Of a stretch of DNA of 32,000 nt, positions 19,912-29,649 are shown in pieces. Under the pieces are notes generated by a model, which ran no database searches, was not told where the DNA came from, and saw nothing but the letters and a program-made list of their open reading frames with translations. Each line of letters starts with the position of its first letter. The first letter of the stretch is position 1. Origin of the DNA: Sphingobium sp. SCG-1 (lineage in GTDB: Bacteria > Pseudomonadota > Alphaproteobacteria > Sphingomonadales > Sphingomonadaceae); assembly GCF_002953135.1 (NCBI RefSeq), contig NZ_CP026372.1:2842300-2874299 (forward strand), given 5' to 3'. A program made the position numbers and the translations under genes.

Positions 19912-20739
19912 ATGCCGAACCCCCAATTGCCGCCTTTGCGCGAAGTGATCGCCGCGCATGGGCTTCAGGCGAGCAAGGCGCTGGGGCAGAACTTCCTGCT
20001 GGACGAGCAGTTGCTGGACCGGATCGCTGCGATACCGGGCAAGCTGGACGACACGGCCACGGCCTATGAAGTCGGCCCCGGACCGGGCGGGCTGACGCGG
20101 GCGTTGCTGCGCACCGGCGCGAAGGTCGTGGCGGTCGAGCGGGACCGGCGGTGCCTGCCTGCGCTGGCGGAGCTGGATGCGGCGTTTCCGGGCCAGCTTA
20201 GCGTGGTCGAGGGCGATGCAATGGCGCTGGATGCGCGCGAGTTGGCGGGGGATGGCGCGCATATCGTGTCGAACCTGCCGTATAATGTCGGGACGGCCTT
20301 GCTGGTCGGCTGGCTCTCGGCCGAGTGGACGCCGTGGTGGGCTTCGTTGACGTTGATGTTCCAGCATGAGGTCGCGGAGCGGATCGTCGCGCAGCCCAAT
20401 ACCGATCATTATGGACGGCTCGCTGTGTTGAGCCAGTGGCGATCGACCCCGCGAATCGCCATGAAAGTGCATCGCAGCGCCTTCACTCCGCCGCCCAAGG
20501 TAATGTCGGCGGTGGTCCATATAGAGCCTGCCGCGCAGCCCGAAGGCGTGGACATCAAGGCATTGGAGCGGCTGACGGCGGCAGCGTTCGGACAGCGGCG
20601 CAAGATGCTGCGGCAGAGCCTGAAAGGATTGCCGGGTGGGTTGGCGGCGCTTGAGGCGGTAGGGATCGACTCGCAACGGCGGGCGGAGACTTTGAGCATC
20701 GCGGAGTTCGTGGACGTGGCGCGGGTGCTGAGCGGCTGA
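19912..20739 (+). CDS. rsmA: 16S rRNA (adenine1518/1519-N6)-dimethyltransferase
   Basis: 275 aa. LGQNFLLD, the SAM site [10 protein letters not shown], and NLPYNVGT are present. Confidence 0.95.
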   Translation: MPNPQLPPLREVIAAHGLQASKALGQNFLLDEQLLDRIAAIPGKLDDTATAYEVGPGPGGLTRALLRTGAKVVAVERDRRCLPALAELDAAFPGQLSVVEGDAMALDARELAGDGAHIVSNLPYNVGTALLVGWLSAEWTPWWASLTLMFQHEVAERIVAQPNTDHYGRLAVLSQWRSTPRIAMKVHRSAFTPPPKVMSAVVHIEPAAQPEGVDIKALERLTAAAFGQRRKMLRQSLKGLPGGLAALEAVGIDSQRRAETLSIAEFVDVARVLSG

Positions 20740-20764
20740 CCGAAAATCCCGCGGATTTGGCGCG

Positions 20765-20792
20765 GAAGGTCACGAAGGTCACGCTACGTCAC
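20765..20792. repeat. Tandem direct repeat GAAGGTCAC x2 plus a third degenerate GTCAC unit
   Basis: GAAGGTCAC (20765-20773) is followed immediately by GAAGGTCAC (20774-20782), then GCTACGTCAC. The three GTCAC cores are spaced 9 and 10 bp apart, just downstream of rsmA. Confidence 0.6.
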
Positions 20793-21303
20793 CCCCCAGT
20801 CGGGCATCTTTGGCAGTGCAGCCAAGCCACCGTGCTTCCGATGAACCGTGTTCCCGCGAACGCAGGAGTCCAATGTCATGGAGCGCCATAGCCAAGCCTG
20901 TCGCTCCGGCTTCCTGCTCTTGCAGGAGATCGAAGAAGTGAGTGGCGTCATCATCCTTGCTCCTTTCAAGACGCAAAGGTCGCATGGGTCCGAGGCCAGC
21001 CATGATTTCCCCGCCTCGGGATGCGTGTGCAGCCTTGGGGCGCTGCGGCCCATCATGCCTTGTGTTGGCGCCGGTGCATCATGAAAGTCGCGGAGCGTTC
21101 GGCTGTCCGACCCTATTTGCCGCTTGGTGCGGTCAAGGTGGCGGGGAATGCGACCGGGGCTTTTTGCAGGGCGTCAGGAAATGGGCATAGAGAGGCGTGT
21201 ACGCCAATGAGGACGTGTAGGACAGCGGAGAGTGGGACACCAATCTGCGCCTAAGCGGCAGAGCCACCAAGGGTGAATCCTTCTACCCTTGAAGGAGAAG
21301 CTA

Positions 21304-21822
21304 TTATGGCTGCTCCGTCGGTACAACGGTTGGCGTGGGAGTGACTTCCTTGGCAGTCAGGATCGTTGGCGGAACACCCTTGGCGATGGCGGCGGAAAGC
21401 TGCACTGCGGCAGGGCAGTCGCTCCTGCAGAGGGTCTTCACTTGCGCGAGATTTTCACGAGCCTTGGCAAGAGCACCCTTCTCGGCCATCGCCTGCCCCT
21501 GCCCCGACAAGGCCGCGACATCAGTAGGATCGAGGAGCAACGCCTCGCGGTAATAGCGGATGGCTTTGCCTTGCAGGCCCTGCGCGCGGGCAACCTTGCC
21601 AAGCGACAGATAGGCGCCCCGATTGCGCGGATCGATGGCCAGAGCCGTTTCCAGCGCATCGGTCGCACCATTCAGGTCGCCTGCCTGCTGCGCTGCCTCG
21701 CCCTTCTTCTGCCATTCGAGCGACAGCGGCTCGATCTGCGCATCGGGGCGCTGGCTCACGCCCACGCTGGACACGGTGGCGAACAGGGCAGCCAAGGCAA
21801 TAGTCGCGGGCGTAAAACGCAT
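21304..21822 (-). CDS. Secreted TPR-repeat protein
   Basis: The likely start is ATG 21822 (GGAG 7 nt upstream), giving MRFTPATIALAALFATVSSVG (signal peptide). TPR-like repeats follow (AQQAGDLNGATDALETALAIDPRNRGAYLSLGKVARAQGLQGKAIRYYREALLLDPTDVAAL...). The track ORF extends to 21882. Confidence 0.75.
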   Translation of the reverse strand: MRFTPATIALAALFATVSSVGVSQRPDAQIEPLSLEWQKKGEAAQQAGDLNGATDALETALAIDPRNRGAYLSLGKVARAQGLQGKAIRYYREALLLDPTDVAALSGQGQAMAEKGALAKARENLAQVKTLCRSDCPAAVQLSAAIAKGVPPTILTAKEVTPTPTVVPTEQP

Positions 21823-21878
21823 TACAGTCTCCAGTGTCGAATGCTTAGAAGTTTCCCTGTTTTCTATGTATTTGTCCA

Positions 21879-23249
21879 TCAACCTTTTTCCAGCACCGCC
21901 AGGAAAAAGCCATCAGTGCCATCATGGTGCGGCGTCAGCAACCGCCCATGCCCCCAGGTGCGTCCTGCCGCCGTATCGACCGGGGCCACTTTCCAGCCGG
22001 GATGCCGCGCCAGAAACTCATCGACCTGATCGCGTCCCTCCCGGTCAGTCAATGCACACACCGCATAGATTAGCCGTCCCCCGTTTTTAACGAGCGGGGC
22101 GGCGATATCCACTATGCGGGCTTGCTCGGCGACCAGCCGGGTCAGCCGATCGGGCGTCAGCCGCCAGCGCGCTTCCGGATTGCGCCGCCATGTACCGGTG
22201 CCGGAACAGGGGGCGTCGACCAGCACGACATCGGCCCTTCCTTCATAGCTGCCAAGGGTTGTGGCTTCGCGGCCCTGATCGAGGAGGACGGTCTGGATGA
22301 AATTGGCCCCTGCCCTTTCGGCGCGCGGCGTGAGGCGTTGCAGGCGCGAGCGGACGGTATCGGCGGCGATCAGCGTTCCTTGCGCGTCCATCGCGGCGGC
22401 GAGCGCGAGGGTTTTCCCGCCTGCGCCGGCGCAAAGGTCGATGACGGTCATGCCGGGCTGGGCTTTGCAGGCGACGGCGATGATCTGGCTGCCTGCGTCC
22501 TGGACTTCGACGAGTCCCTGTTCCCAGGCTTCGGATTTTTCGAGGGGGTAGCCTTCGGGGAGGCGTAGGGCGTTGGGGAGATGGGGGATTGGGGTGATTT
22601 CGCTTCCACTCGCCGCCTGCTGGTTGGCTCCCATATTCGCGCTGTCCCCTTCCCCGTTCGGGCTGAGCTTATCGAAGCCTTCTCCTGAACGAAGTGAAGG
22701 GGCTTCGACAGGCTCAGCCGGGCCCTTCGACAAGCTCAGGGCGAACGGGGAGAGAGTGTGCGAGTTGGTCGGGTTTGATCTTGGGGTTAGGATAGGCTCC
22801 GACCCAGACAAATCCAGCGTCGCCTTCAGCGTGTTCACGCGCACGTCCAGCGGCGCGCGTTCCAGCAACGCCGTGCGTTCGCGCGCGTCGATCAAGTCAG
22901 CGAGCAGCGGCGTTATCCCGCGGGGCACAGCACGCGCGGGCGTTGCAGCTTCGCCTTCACCTATCGCGGCTGGGCCGTGAGGCGATCCGTCAAAGAAGGC
23001 CGCGATCTCCGGCTGGTCCTGCACCAGACCGAGCATAGCCGCGCGGCCGCTTTCCGGGCGCTCACCTGCGCGGCGGATGGCGTCGTACACCAGATCGCGG
23101 ACGGCACGGCGGTCTTTCGACCCGGCGTAGCGCCGCGTTTTGAAATAGCGGGCGATCAGCGTGTCGGCAGCGGGGCCGCCGTCGCGCGCGGAAAGCACGA
23201 CTTCGTCAAGCAAGTCGATTGCGGCCTGTACCCGCGCGGCGGGTGTCAT
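21879..23249 (-). CDS. RsmB/NOP2/Sun-family SAM-dependent RNA (cytosine-C5) methyltransferase carrying an in-frame repeat-derived insert
   Basis: 456 aa. N-terminal ARYFKTRRYAGSKDRRAVRDLVY. MTase core: VEVQDAGSQ, DLCAGAGGKT, VLVDAPCSGTGTWRRNPE, LIYAVCAL. The ATG directly abuts the guaB TAA (TAAATG). Residues ~167-200 are encoded by the palindromic element at 22652-22750. Confidence 0.87.
   Translation of the reverse strand: MTPAARVQAAIDLLDEVVLSARDGGPAADTLIARYFKTRRYAGSKDRRAVRDLVYDAIRRAGERPESGRAAMLGLVQDQPEIAAFFDGSPHGPAAIGEGEAATPARAVPRGITPLLADLIDARERTALLERAPLDVRVNTLKATLDLSGSEPILTPRSNPTNSHTLSPFALSLSKGPAEPVEAPSLRSGEGFDKLSPNGEGDSANMGANQQAASGSEITPIPHLPNALRLPEGYPLEKSEAWEQGLVEVQDAGSQIIAVACKAQPGMTVIDLCAGAGGKTLALAAAMDAQGTLIAADTVRSRLQRLTPRAERAGANFIQTVLLDQGREATTLGSYEGRADVVLVDAPCSGTGTWRRNPEARWRLTPDRLTRLVAEQARIVDIAAPLVKNGGRLIYAVCALTDREGRDQVDEFLARHPGWKVAPVDTAAGRTWGHGRLLTPHHDGTDGFFLAVLEKG
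22652..22750. repeat. Nested palindromic REP/MITE-like element (99 bp) inside a CDS
   Basis: The outer arm CCCCGTTCGGGCTGAGCTTATCGAAGCC (22652-22679) is an imperfect inverted repeat of GGGCCCTTCGACAAGCTCAGGGCGAACGGGG (22720-22750). An internal third copy, GGCTTCGACAGGCTCAGCC (22701-22719), also pairs with the left arm. Confidence 0.85.
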
Positions 23250-24710
<1,461 letters not shown>

Positions 24711-24880
24711 TTAAGCCACTTTCTGTGTGGGCGTTCCGGAGGGCGGGGCCGGATGCCGAGGGGATCATGTGGCGGTCCATGTAACCATTAAGGCCGCAGG
24801 GGGCTAGTGCGAGGCGAGAATTTGTTAATCCGCCGCACGGAGCGCCTGTGGCATTGCCGCAACAGGTGAAGAACCACGTA

Positions 24881-24906
24881 ATAATCTGTCATGATTCAGA
24901 CATAAT
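24881..24906 (+). promoter_or_regulatory. AT-rich candidate operator / Pho-box-like site with an overlapping -10-like hexamer, upstream of the TonB-dependent receptor
   Basis: The site reads ATAATCTGTCATGATTCAGACATAAT. CTGTCAT-GATT-CAGACAT (24886-24903) matches the Pho-box pattern CTGTCAT-N4-CTGTCAT at 14/18 positions. It is also an imperfect palindrome (TGTC-N8-GACA). CATAAT (24901-24906) could be a -10. It lies 66-91 bp upstream of GTG 24972. Confidence 0.35.
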
Positions 24907-24971
24907 CGGAGCCTAGCGGGCAGCCATCGCGTGGCGGGCTCATCCTCGCCTCTTCAACCAAGGATCATATC

Positions 24972-27278
24972 GTGACGCAACCCCTTCTCCGCTCGGCGCT
25001 TCTGCTGACCGCCGCTTTCGGCGCGATTTCCTTCGCCGATGTCGCACAGGCGCAGGATCCCGCCCCCGCCGCCGACGATTCGCAACTGACCGAAATCGTC
25101 GTCACGGCAGAGCGTCGTTCGGAGAATCTCCAGAACGTACCGCTTTCGGTAGGCGTCGTCGCGGGCGATCAGTTGCGCGCGTTCCAGACGGGTGGCGACG
25201 ATATCCTCGCGCTGTCCGGTCGGGTGCCGGGCCTCTATGCCGAAACGACGACGGGCCGCATCTTCCCGCGCTTCTACATTCGTGGTCTTGGCAACATCGA
25301 CTTCTATCTTGGCGCGTCGCAGCCGGTGTCGATCATCCAGGACGAAGTCGTTCTGGAGCATGTCGTGCTGAAGTCCAATCCCGTGTTCGACATGGGTCAG
25401 GTGGAAGTGCTGCGCGGGCCGCAGGGTTCGCTGTTCGGCCGCAACACGACCGCGGGCATCATCAAGTTCGACAGCATCAAGCCGAACCTTACGACCTATG
25501 AGGGCCGCGCGCAGGCAAGCTATGGCAGCTACAACACCGTCACGTTCGATGGGGGCGTTGGTGGCCCGCTGATTGCCGACAAGCTCGCCTTCCGTATTTC
25601 CGCGCTATACCAGCATCGCGACGATTGGGTCGACAACACCTATACCGGCCCAAGCGCGGACGGCACGGTGTCGCCTAAGAAGGACGCGATGGGCGGCTTC
25701 AACGAGAAGGACGTGCGCGTTCAGTTGCTCGCGACGCCGAACGAAGAAACGACCCTGCTTCTCTCTGGCCATGCGCGTGATTATGATGGGACGTCGACCA
25801 TCTTCCATCGCGCCGCGCTGAAGAAGGGATCGAATGATGCCAGCAACGAGCCGCGTACGAAGATCGCTCTGGACGAGGCGCAGAACAACCCGCAGGCTTA
25901 CAAGACCTATGGCGGATCGCTGAAGGCAACCTACGATTTCGGTCCGGTGACGCTGACATCGATCACGGCCTATGAGACCACGTCGGGCTACAGCCGTGGC
26001 GATACCGATGGCGGCGCGGCGGCGAACTTCCCAGTCGGTGGCGTTGCGAATGGCTTTGGTCAGAGCCAGGGTAACCTGCGCGATCTCGACCAGTGGACGC
26101 AGGAAGTGCGGCTGTCGAGCAACGGCGACACCGGCCTGAAGTATCAGATCGGCGGCATCTATTTCGACTCGCGCGACACGACGGACTTCTACCAGCGCGC
26201 GTTTTTTCTGACGACAGCGGCGCGGAACCCCAACAACTGGGTGCGTCTGCACAACATCAACACGAGTTGGGCGCTGTTCGGTCAGCTGAGCTACGAAATC
26301 GTGCCCGACCTGACGCTGACTGCTGGCGGGCGCTACACCGAAGACACCAAGAGCACGCGTCTGCTGAAGACAGCGGATAACGCAGCGGGTGTAAGCAGCT
26401 ATCGCGGTCGTCGCTTCGTGCGCCTCTCCGATTCCAAGCCAAGCTGGGATGTGAGCGCGCTGTATCAGGTGAACCCGGATCTCAGCCTTTACGCCCGCGT
26501 GGCGAAGGGCTTCCGTGGTCCGACGATCCAGGGTCGTTCGGCCGTGTTCAACTCCGACTTCACGACGGCGGATTCGGAGACGATCCTGTCGTGGGAAGCC
26601 GGTTTCAAGAGCCAGATCAGCAACGCGCTCCGTTTCAACGCCAGCGCCTTTACCTATACGGTCAAGGACATCCAGTTGAACGGCAACGACGTCAACGGCA
26701 ACGGTGTCCTCTTCAACGCGAACAAGGCGAAAGCCTATGGCATGGAAGCGGAACTGGACTGGGCGCCTATCGAGAACCTGTCGCTTTCGGCTGGCCTCAG
26801 CCTGCTGCATAGCGAGATCAAGGACAAGAACGTCTATGCACAGGTCTGTGCGCTGAACGGCGTGGTGGTCTGCACTGTCGGCAACCCGACGATTACGGTG
26901 CCGGTCTTCGGCCAACCCGCCGTGTTCGCGCAGATCAACGGCGAGCCGCTGCCCAACGCGCCTGAGTACAACCTCAACCTAACCGCGCGCTACGACATCC
27001 CGCTGGGCAATGGCGGCAAGGTTTTCGCTGCGACCGACTGGAACGTGCAGGGCAAGACCAATTTCGTGCTGTACGACACGAAGGAGTTCAATTCGAACGG
27101 CAGCTTCGAAGGCGGTCTGAAGATCGGCTATGCCGCACCGGATAACGCGTATGAACTGGCCGTGTTCGCGCGCAACATCACGAACGAAAAGAACCTGAAG
27201 GGCGTCATCGAAAACTATATGGCGGCGGTATTCAACGATCCGCGTATCATCGGTGTGTCGTTGAGCGGGAAGTTCTAA
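24972..27278 (+). CDS. TonB-dependent outer-membrane receptor
   Basis: 768 aa. Signal peptide (…AFGAISFADVAQAQ), TonB-box/plug region (LTEIVVTAERRSENLQNVPLSV, VEVLRGPQGSLFGRNTTAG), a long beta-barrel, and a C-terminal aromatic residue (…SLSGKF). Confidence 0.95.
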   Translation: MTQPLLRSALLLTAAFGAISFADVAQAQDPAPAADDSQLTEIVVTAERRSENLQNVPLSVGVVAGDQLRAFQTGGDDILALSGRVPGLYAETTTGRIFPRFYIRGLGNIDFYLGASQPVSIIQDEVVLEHVVLKSNPVFDMGQVEVLRGPQGSLFGRNTTAGIIKFDSIKPNLTTYEGRAQASYGSYNTVTFDGGVGGPLIADKLAFRISALYQHRDDWVDNTYTGPSADGTVSPKKDAMGGFNEKDVRVQLLATPNEETTLLLSGHARDYDGTSTIFHRAALKKGSNDASNEPRTKIALDEAQNNPQAYKTYGGSLKATYDFGPVTLTSITAYETTSGYSRGDTDGGAAANFPVGGVANGFGQSQGNLRDLDQWTQEVRLSSNGDTGLKYQIGGIYFDSRDTTDFYQRAFFLTTAARNPNNWVRLHNINTSWALFGQLSYEIVPDLTLTAGGRYTEDTKSTRLLKTADNAAGVSSYRGRRFVRLSDSKPSWDVSALYQVNPDLSLYARVAKGFRGPTIQGRSAVFNSDFTTADSETILSWEAGFKSQISNALRFNASAFTYTVKDIQLNGNDVNGNGVLFNANKAKAYGMEAELDWAPIENLSLSAGLSLLHSEIKDKNVYAQVCALNGVVVCTVGNPTITVPVFGQPAVFAQINGEPLPNAPEYNLNLTARYDIPLGNGGKVFAATDWNVQGKTNFVLYDTKEFNSNGSFEGGLKIGYAAPDNAYELAVFARNITNEKNLKGVIENYMAAVFNDPRIIGVSLSGKF

Positions 27279-27296
27279 GTCTTCCGACCGTTTGAG

Positions 27297-27335
27297 AAAG
27301 GGCCGCGTTCCATCAAGGAATGCGGCCCTTTTCTG
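27297..27335. terminator. Bidirectional rho-independent terminator between the TonB-dependent receptor and the CitE-like gene
   Basis: 15-bp stem: AAAGGGCCGCGTTCC (27297-27311) pairs with GGAATGCGGCCCTTT (27317-27331), with one G.U pair and a 5-nt loop. There are T-runs on both strands (…CCCTTTTCTGTT on plus, …CCCTTTCTC on minus). Confidence 0.85.
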
Positions 27336-28151
27336 TTATCGCTTTAGCATCTCTGCGCGAGCGATGAGGGCGCGCGCCGCATCGACGTGCATGGCTTCGA
27401 TCATGCTGTCTTCGAAGCGTTCCGCGCCGCCCGTTGCGGCTTCTATCAGGCGTTGGGCGTCGGCGACCGCTGCTTCGTCGGGGCCGAAGATCGCGTTGGT
27501 TGTTGCGATCTGGCCGGGGTGGATCAGGGTCTTGCCGTCGAAGCCGTAGCTGCGGCCCTCGCGGCATTCCGCTTCCAGACCTGCGGCATCGTCAAGGCGG
27601 TTATAGACGCCGTCGAACACGGCCTTCCTCGAAGCGCGGGCCGCGAACACGACGGTCTGGAGCGCGAGCATCAGTCCTGCGCGTCCAGCGTCGGCGGGGA
27701 TGCCGAGATCCTTGCGCAAGTCGTTGACGCCGATGAACAGCGCCGCCGTGCCGGCCTGCGCGGCGATCGCTGGAGCGGCGGACAGGCCGAGGGCGGTTTC
27801 GATCATCGCGATGACGGGTTTTTCGCAGACCTGATGGACATCGTGAACCTGCAAGGGATGCTCCACCTTGGGCAGGATGATATAGTCGGCCCCGCTGGCT
27901 TTTGCTGCGATCATGTCGGCGCCGTGCCATGGCGTCTCGGCGGTATTGATGCGGATGCCAGTCAGCTTGTCGGCATAGCCCGCCTGCGTGGCGGCGACGG
28001 CGGCGTCGCGTGCCGCGTCTTTCTGCGCGTCGGGCACCGCGTCCTCCAGATCGAGGATCACCATGTCGCAGGCAAGCCCCCTCGCCTTTTCCACCGCGCG
28101 CGGATTGGATGCGGGCAGGAAGAGGAGCGACCGGGCAAAGGCTAGCTGCAT
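27336..28151 (-). CDS. HpcH/HpaI aldolase / citrate lyase beta (CitE)-like, probable acyl-CoA lyase
   Basis: 271 aa. SLLFLPASNPRAVEKA, DMVILDLEDAV, MIETALGL, IGVNDL and FDGKTLIHPGQI are typical of the CitE/malyl-CoA lyase-like family. Confidence 0.85.
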   Translation of the reverse strand: MQLAFARSLLFLPASNPRAVEKARGLACDMVILDLEDAVPDAQKDAARDAAVAATQAGYADKLTGIRINTAETPWHGADMIAAKASGADYIILPKVEHPLQVHDVHQVCEKPVIAMIETALGLSAAPAIAAQAGTAALFIGVNDLRKDLGIPADAGRAGLMLALQTVVFAARASRKAVFDGVYNRLDDAAGLEAECREGRSYGFDGKTLIHPGQIATTNAIFGPDEAAVADAQRLIEAATGGAERFEDSMIEAMHVDAARALIARAEMLKR

Positions 28152-28233
28152 CGTTGTTCCTTCAAATGACTTCCCCGGTTAACGCTTTGGCGGCATAACA
28201 ATGTGTATCGGGCCGGTGGGGAGAACGAAGATC

Positions 28234-29205
28234 ATGATTACGACATTCGCACTGGCAGCCGCGCTGCTCGTCTTCATCTATCTGGCCGCAAGTATCAAGA
28301 TCGTCCGGCAGGGCTATCAATATACGATCGAACGCTTTGGCCGTTTTACAGAAGTCGCACGTCCCGGCCTCAATTTCTACCCCGCGTTTTTCTACAATGT
28401 CGGCCGCAAGATCAACATGATGGAGCAGGTTGTCGATATTCCGGGGCAGGAGATCATCACCAAGGACAACGCCATGGTGTCCGTCGATGGCGTAGTATTT
28501 TTTCAGGTGCTGGACGCAGCGAAGGCGGCGTATGAGGTTTCGGAGCTGTACGTCGCGATCATGCAGTTGGCGACGACCAACCTGCGCACCGTGATGGGAT
28601 CGATGGACTTGGACGAGACCTTGTCCAAGCGCGACGAGATTAACGCGCGGCTGCTATCTGTGGTCGATCATGCAACGGGTAGTTGGGGCGTGAAGATCAC
28701 GCGTGTTGAGTTGAAGGACATTCGCCCGCCCGCCGACATCGTCAATGCGATGGGTCGCCAGATGAAGGCGGAGCGTGAAAAGCGCGCCAATATCCTTGAT
28801 GCCGAGGGCGCTCGCGCGTCTGAAATCCTGCGGGCGGAGGGCGAAAAGGCCGGGCAGATATTGCAGGCGGAAGGGCGGCGGGAGGCTGCGTTCCGCGACG
28901 CCGAAGCGCGCGAACGTGAGGCTGAAGCAGAGGCCAAGGCGACGCAGATGGTGTCCGAAGCCATCTCCGCAGGCAATCCGCAGGCATTGAATTACTTCAT
29001 CGCGCAGAAATATGTGGAGGCGGTTTCCGGGTTCGCGACGTCGCCCAATGCCAAGACGATCCTGTTCCCTGTCGAGGCGACGCAGCTTATCGGGACGCTG
29101 GGCGGGATCGGCGAACTGGCGCGGGAGACGTTCGGTAACGCGCCGACTGTCAACGATCCAACGCCGACGCCACGCCGTCGCGGACCGTTCGAGCCGACAG
29201 CATGA
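28234..29205 (+). CDS. SPFH/band 7 (stomatin/paraslipin-like) membrane protein
   Basis: The likely start is ATG 28234 (GGGGAGA upstream). An N-terminal TM segment is followed by the SPFH domain (IKIVRQGYQYTIERFGRF..., TKDNAMVSVDGVVFFQV, WGVKITRVELKDIRPP) and an Ala/Glu-rich coiled coil. Confidence 0.92.
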   Translation: MITTFALAAALLVFIYLAASIKIVRQGYQYTIERFGRFTEVARPGLNFYPAFFYNVGRKINMMEQVVDIPGQEIITKDNAMVSVDGVVFFQVLDAAKAAYEVSELYVAIMQLATTNLRTVMGSMDLDETLSKRDEINARLLSVVDHATGSWGVKITRVELKDIRPPADIVNAMGRQMKAEREKRANILDAEGARASEILRAEGEKAGQILQAEGRREAAFRDAEAREREAEAEAKATQMVSEAISAGNPQALNYFIAQKYVEAVSGFATSPNAKTILFPVEATQLIGTLGGIGELARETFGNAPTVNDPTPTPRRRGPFEPTA

Positions 29206-29645
29206 GCGATTTGCAGGGGATGGAGCCGTACTGGGTCTGGCTGATCCTCGCCGTACTGTTCGGCATTGGCGAGATCGTACTGCCCGGCGTGTTCCTGCTC
29301 TGGATCGCGATTGCGGCAGCGCTGACCGGCGGGATCACTGTTCTCGTCGGGATAAGTGTGCCGGTGCAGGTGATCGTCTTTGCGGTGCTGTGCCTCGTCG
29401 CGACCTATGCCGGGCGGCGCTGGTACACGAACAATCCAGTGGAATCGCAGGATCCGCTGCTGAATGATCGCGCGGCTCGGCTGATCGGTGAGACCGTCAT
29501 GATCGTAGAAGCGATCGAAGGCGGAGAGGGACGCGTCAAGGTGGGCGACGGCGTGTGGACGGCGCACGGACCTGACGCGGAAGTGGGCCAGCGGATGCGT
29601 GTCATCGGCGTAGACGGCACGGTGCTGCGCGTCGATTCCCTCTGA
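29202..29645 (+). CDS. NfeD-family membrane protein (short form, OB-fold C-terminus)
   Basis: 147 aa. Two or three TM helices are followed by GETVMIVEAIEGGEGRVKVGDGVWTAHGPD...GQRMRVIGVDGTVLRV. It overlaps the SPFH gene stop in an ATGA, which is the canonical SPFH-NfeD pairing. Confidence 0.85.
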   Translation: MSDLQGMEPYWVWLILAVLFGIGEIVLPGVFLLWIAIAAALTGGITVLVGISVPVQVIVFAVLCLVATYAGRRWYTNNPVESQDPLLNDRAARLIGETVMIVEAIEGGEGRVKVGDGVWTAHGPDAEVGQRMRVIGVDGTVLRVDSL

Positions 29646-29649
29646 TGCG

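Noticed and set aside
20744-20758. A hairpin, AAATCC-CGC-GGATTT, directly after rsmA. Considered as a possible terminator.
   Set aside because: It has only a 6-bp, mostly A:T stem with a 3-nt loop and no following T-run, so it is too weak to call.
21007-21150. A 9-bp inverted repeat, TTCCCCGCC ... GGCGGGGAA, about 125 bp apart in the gene-less spacer. Considered as a possible structured RNA.
   Set aside because: One 9-bp match is about what chance gives in a 560-bp region. I could not find supporting nested helices.
20779-21254. Short ORFs in the rsmA-TPR spacer: 20779..21003 (minus), 20784..21056 (minus), 20848..21084 (plus), 20942..21190 (plus) and 21021..21254 (plus).
   Set aside because: None has a recognisable domain or a convincing SD. 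They overlap each other, and by eye the GC3 is low relative to neighbouring genes. They are not annotated as CDS, and the region is reported as a finding instead.
21291-21344. A strong SD (GAAGGAG) with ideal spacing to ATG 21306, opening a 12-codon ORF (MAAPSVQRLAWE).
   Set aside because: It is antisense to the 3' end of the TPR gene, and its ATG overlaps that gene's stop codon. No downstream plus-strand gene exists that it could regulate. It is most likely coincidental.
24811-24875. Partial resemblance to a cobalamin riboswitch core (…GAGAATTTGTTAATCCGCCGCACGGAGCGCCTGTGG…) upstream of a TonB-dependent receptor.
   Set aside because: Only the AATCCGCCGCA-like segment matches. I cannot find the GGGAA/GGTG pairing elements or a GCCACTG B12 box downstream. 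The single GCCACT (24713) is upstream and out of order. An Infernal scan against RF00174 would settle it.
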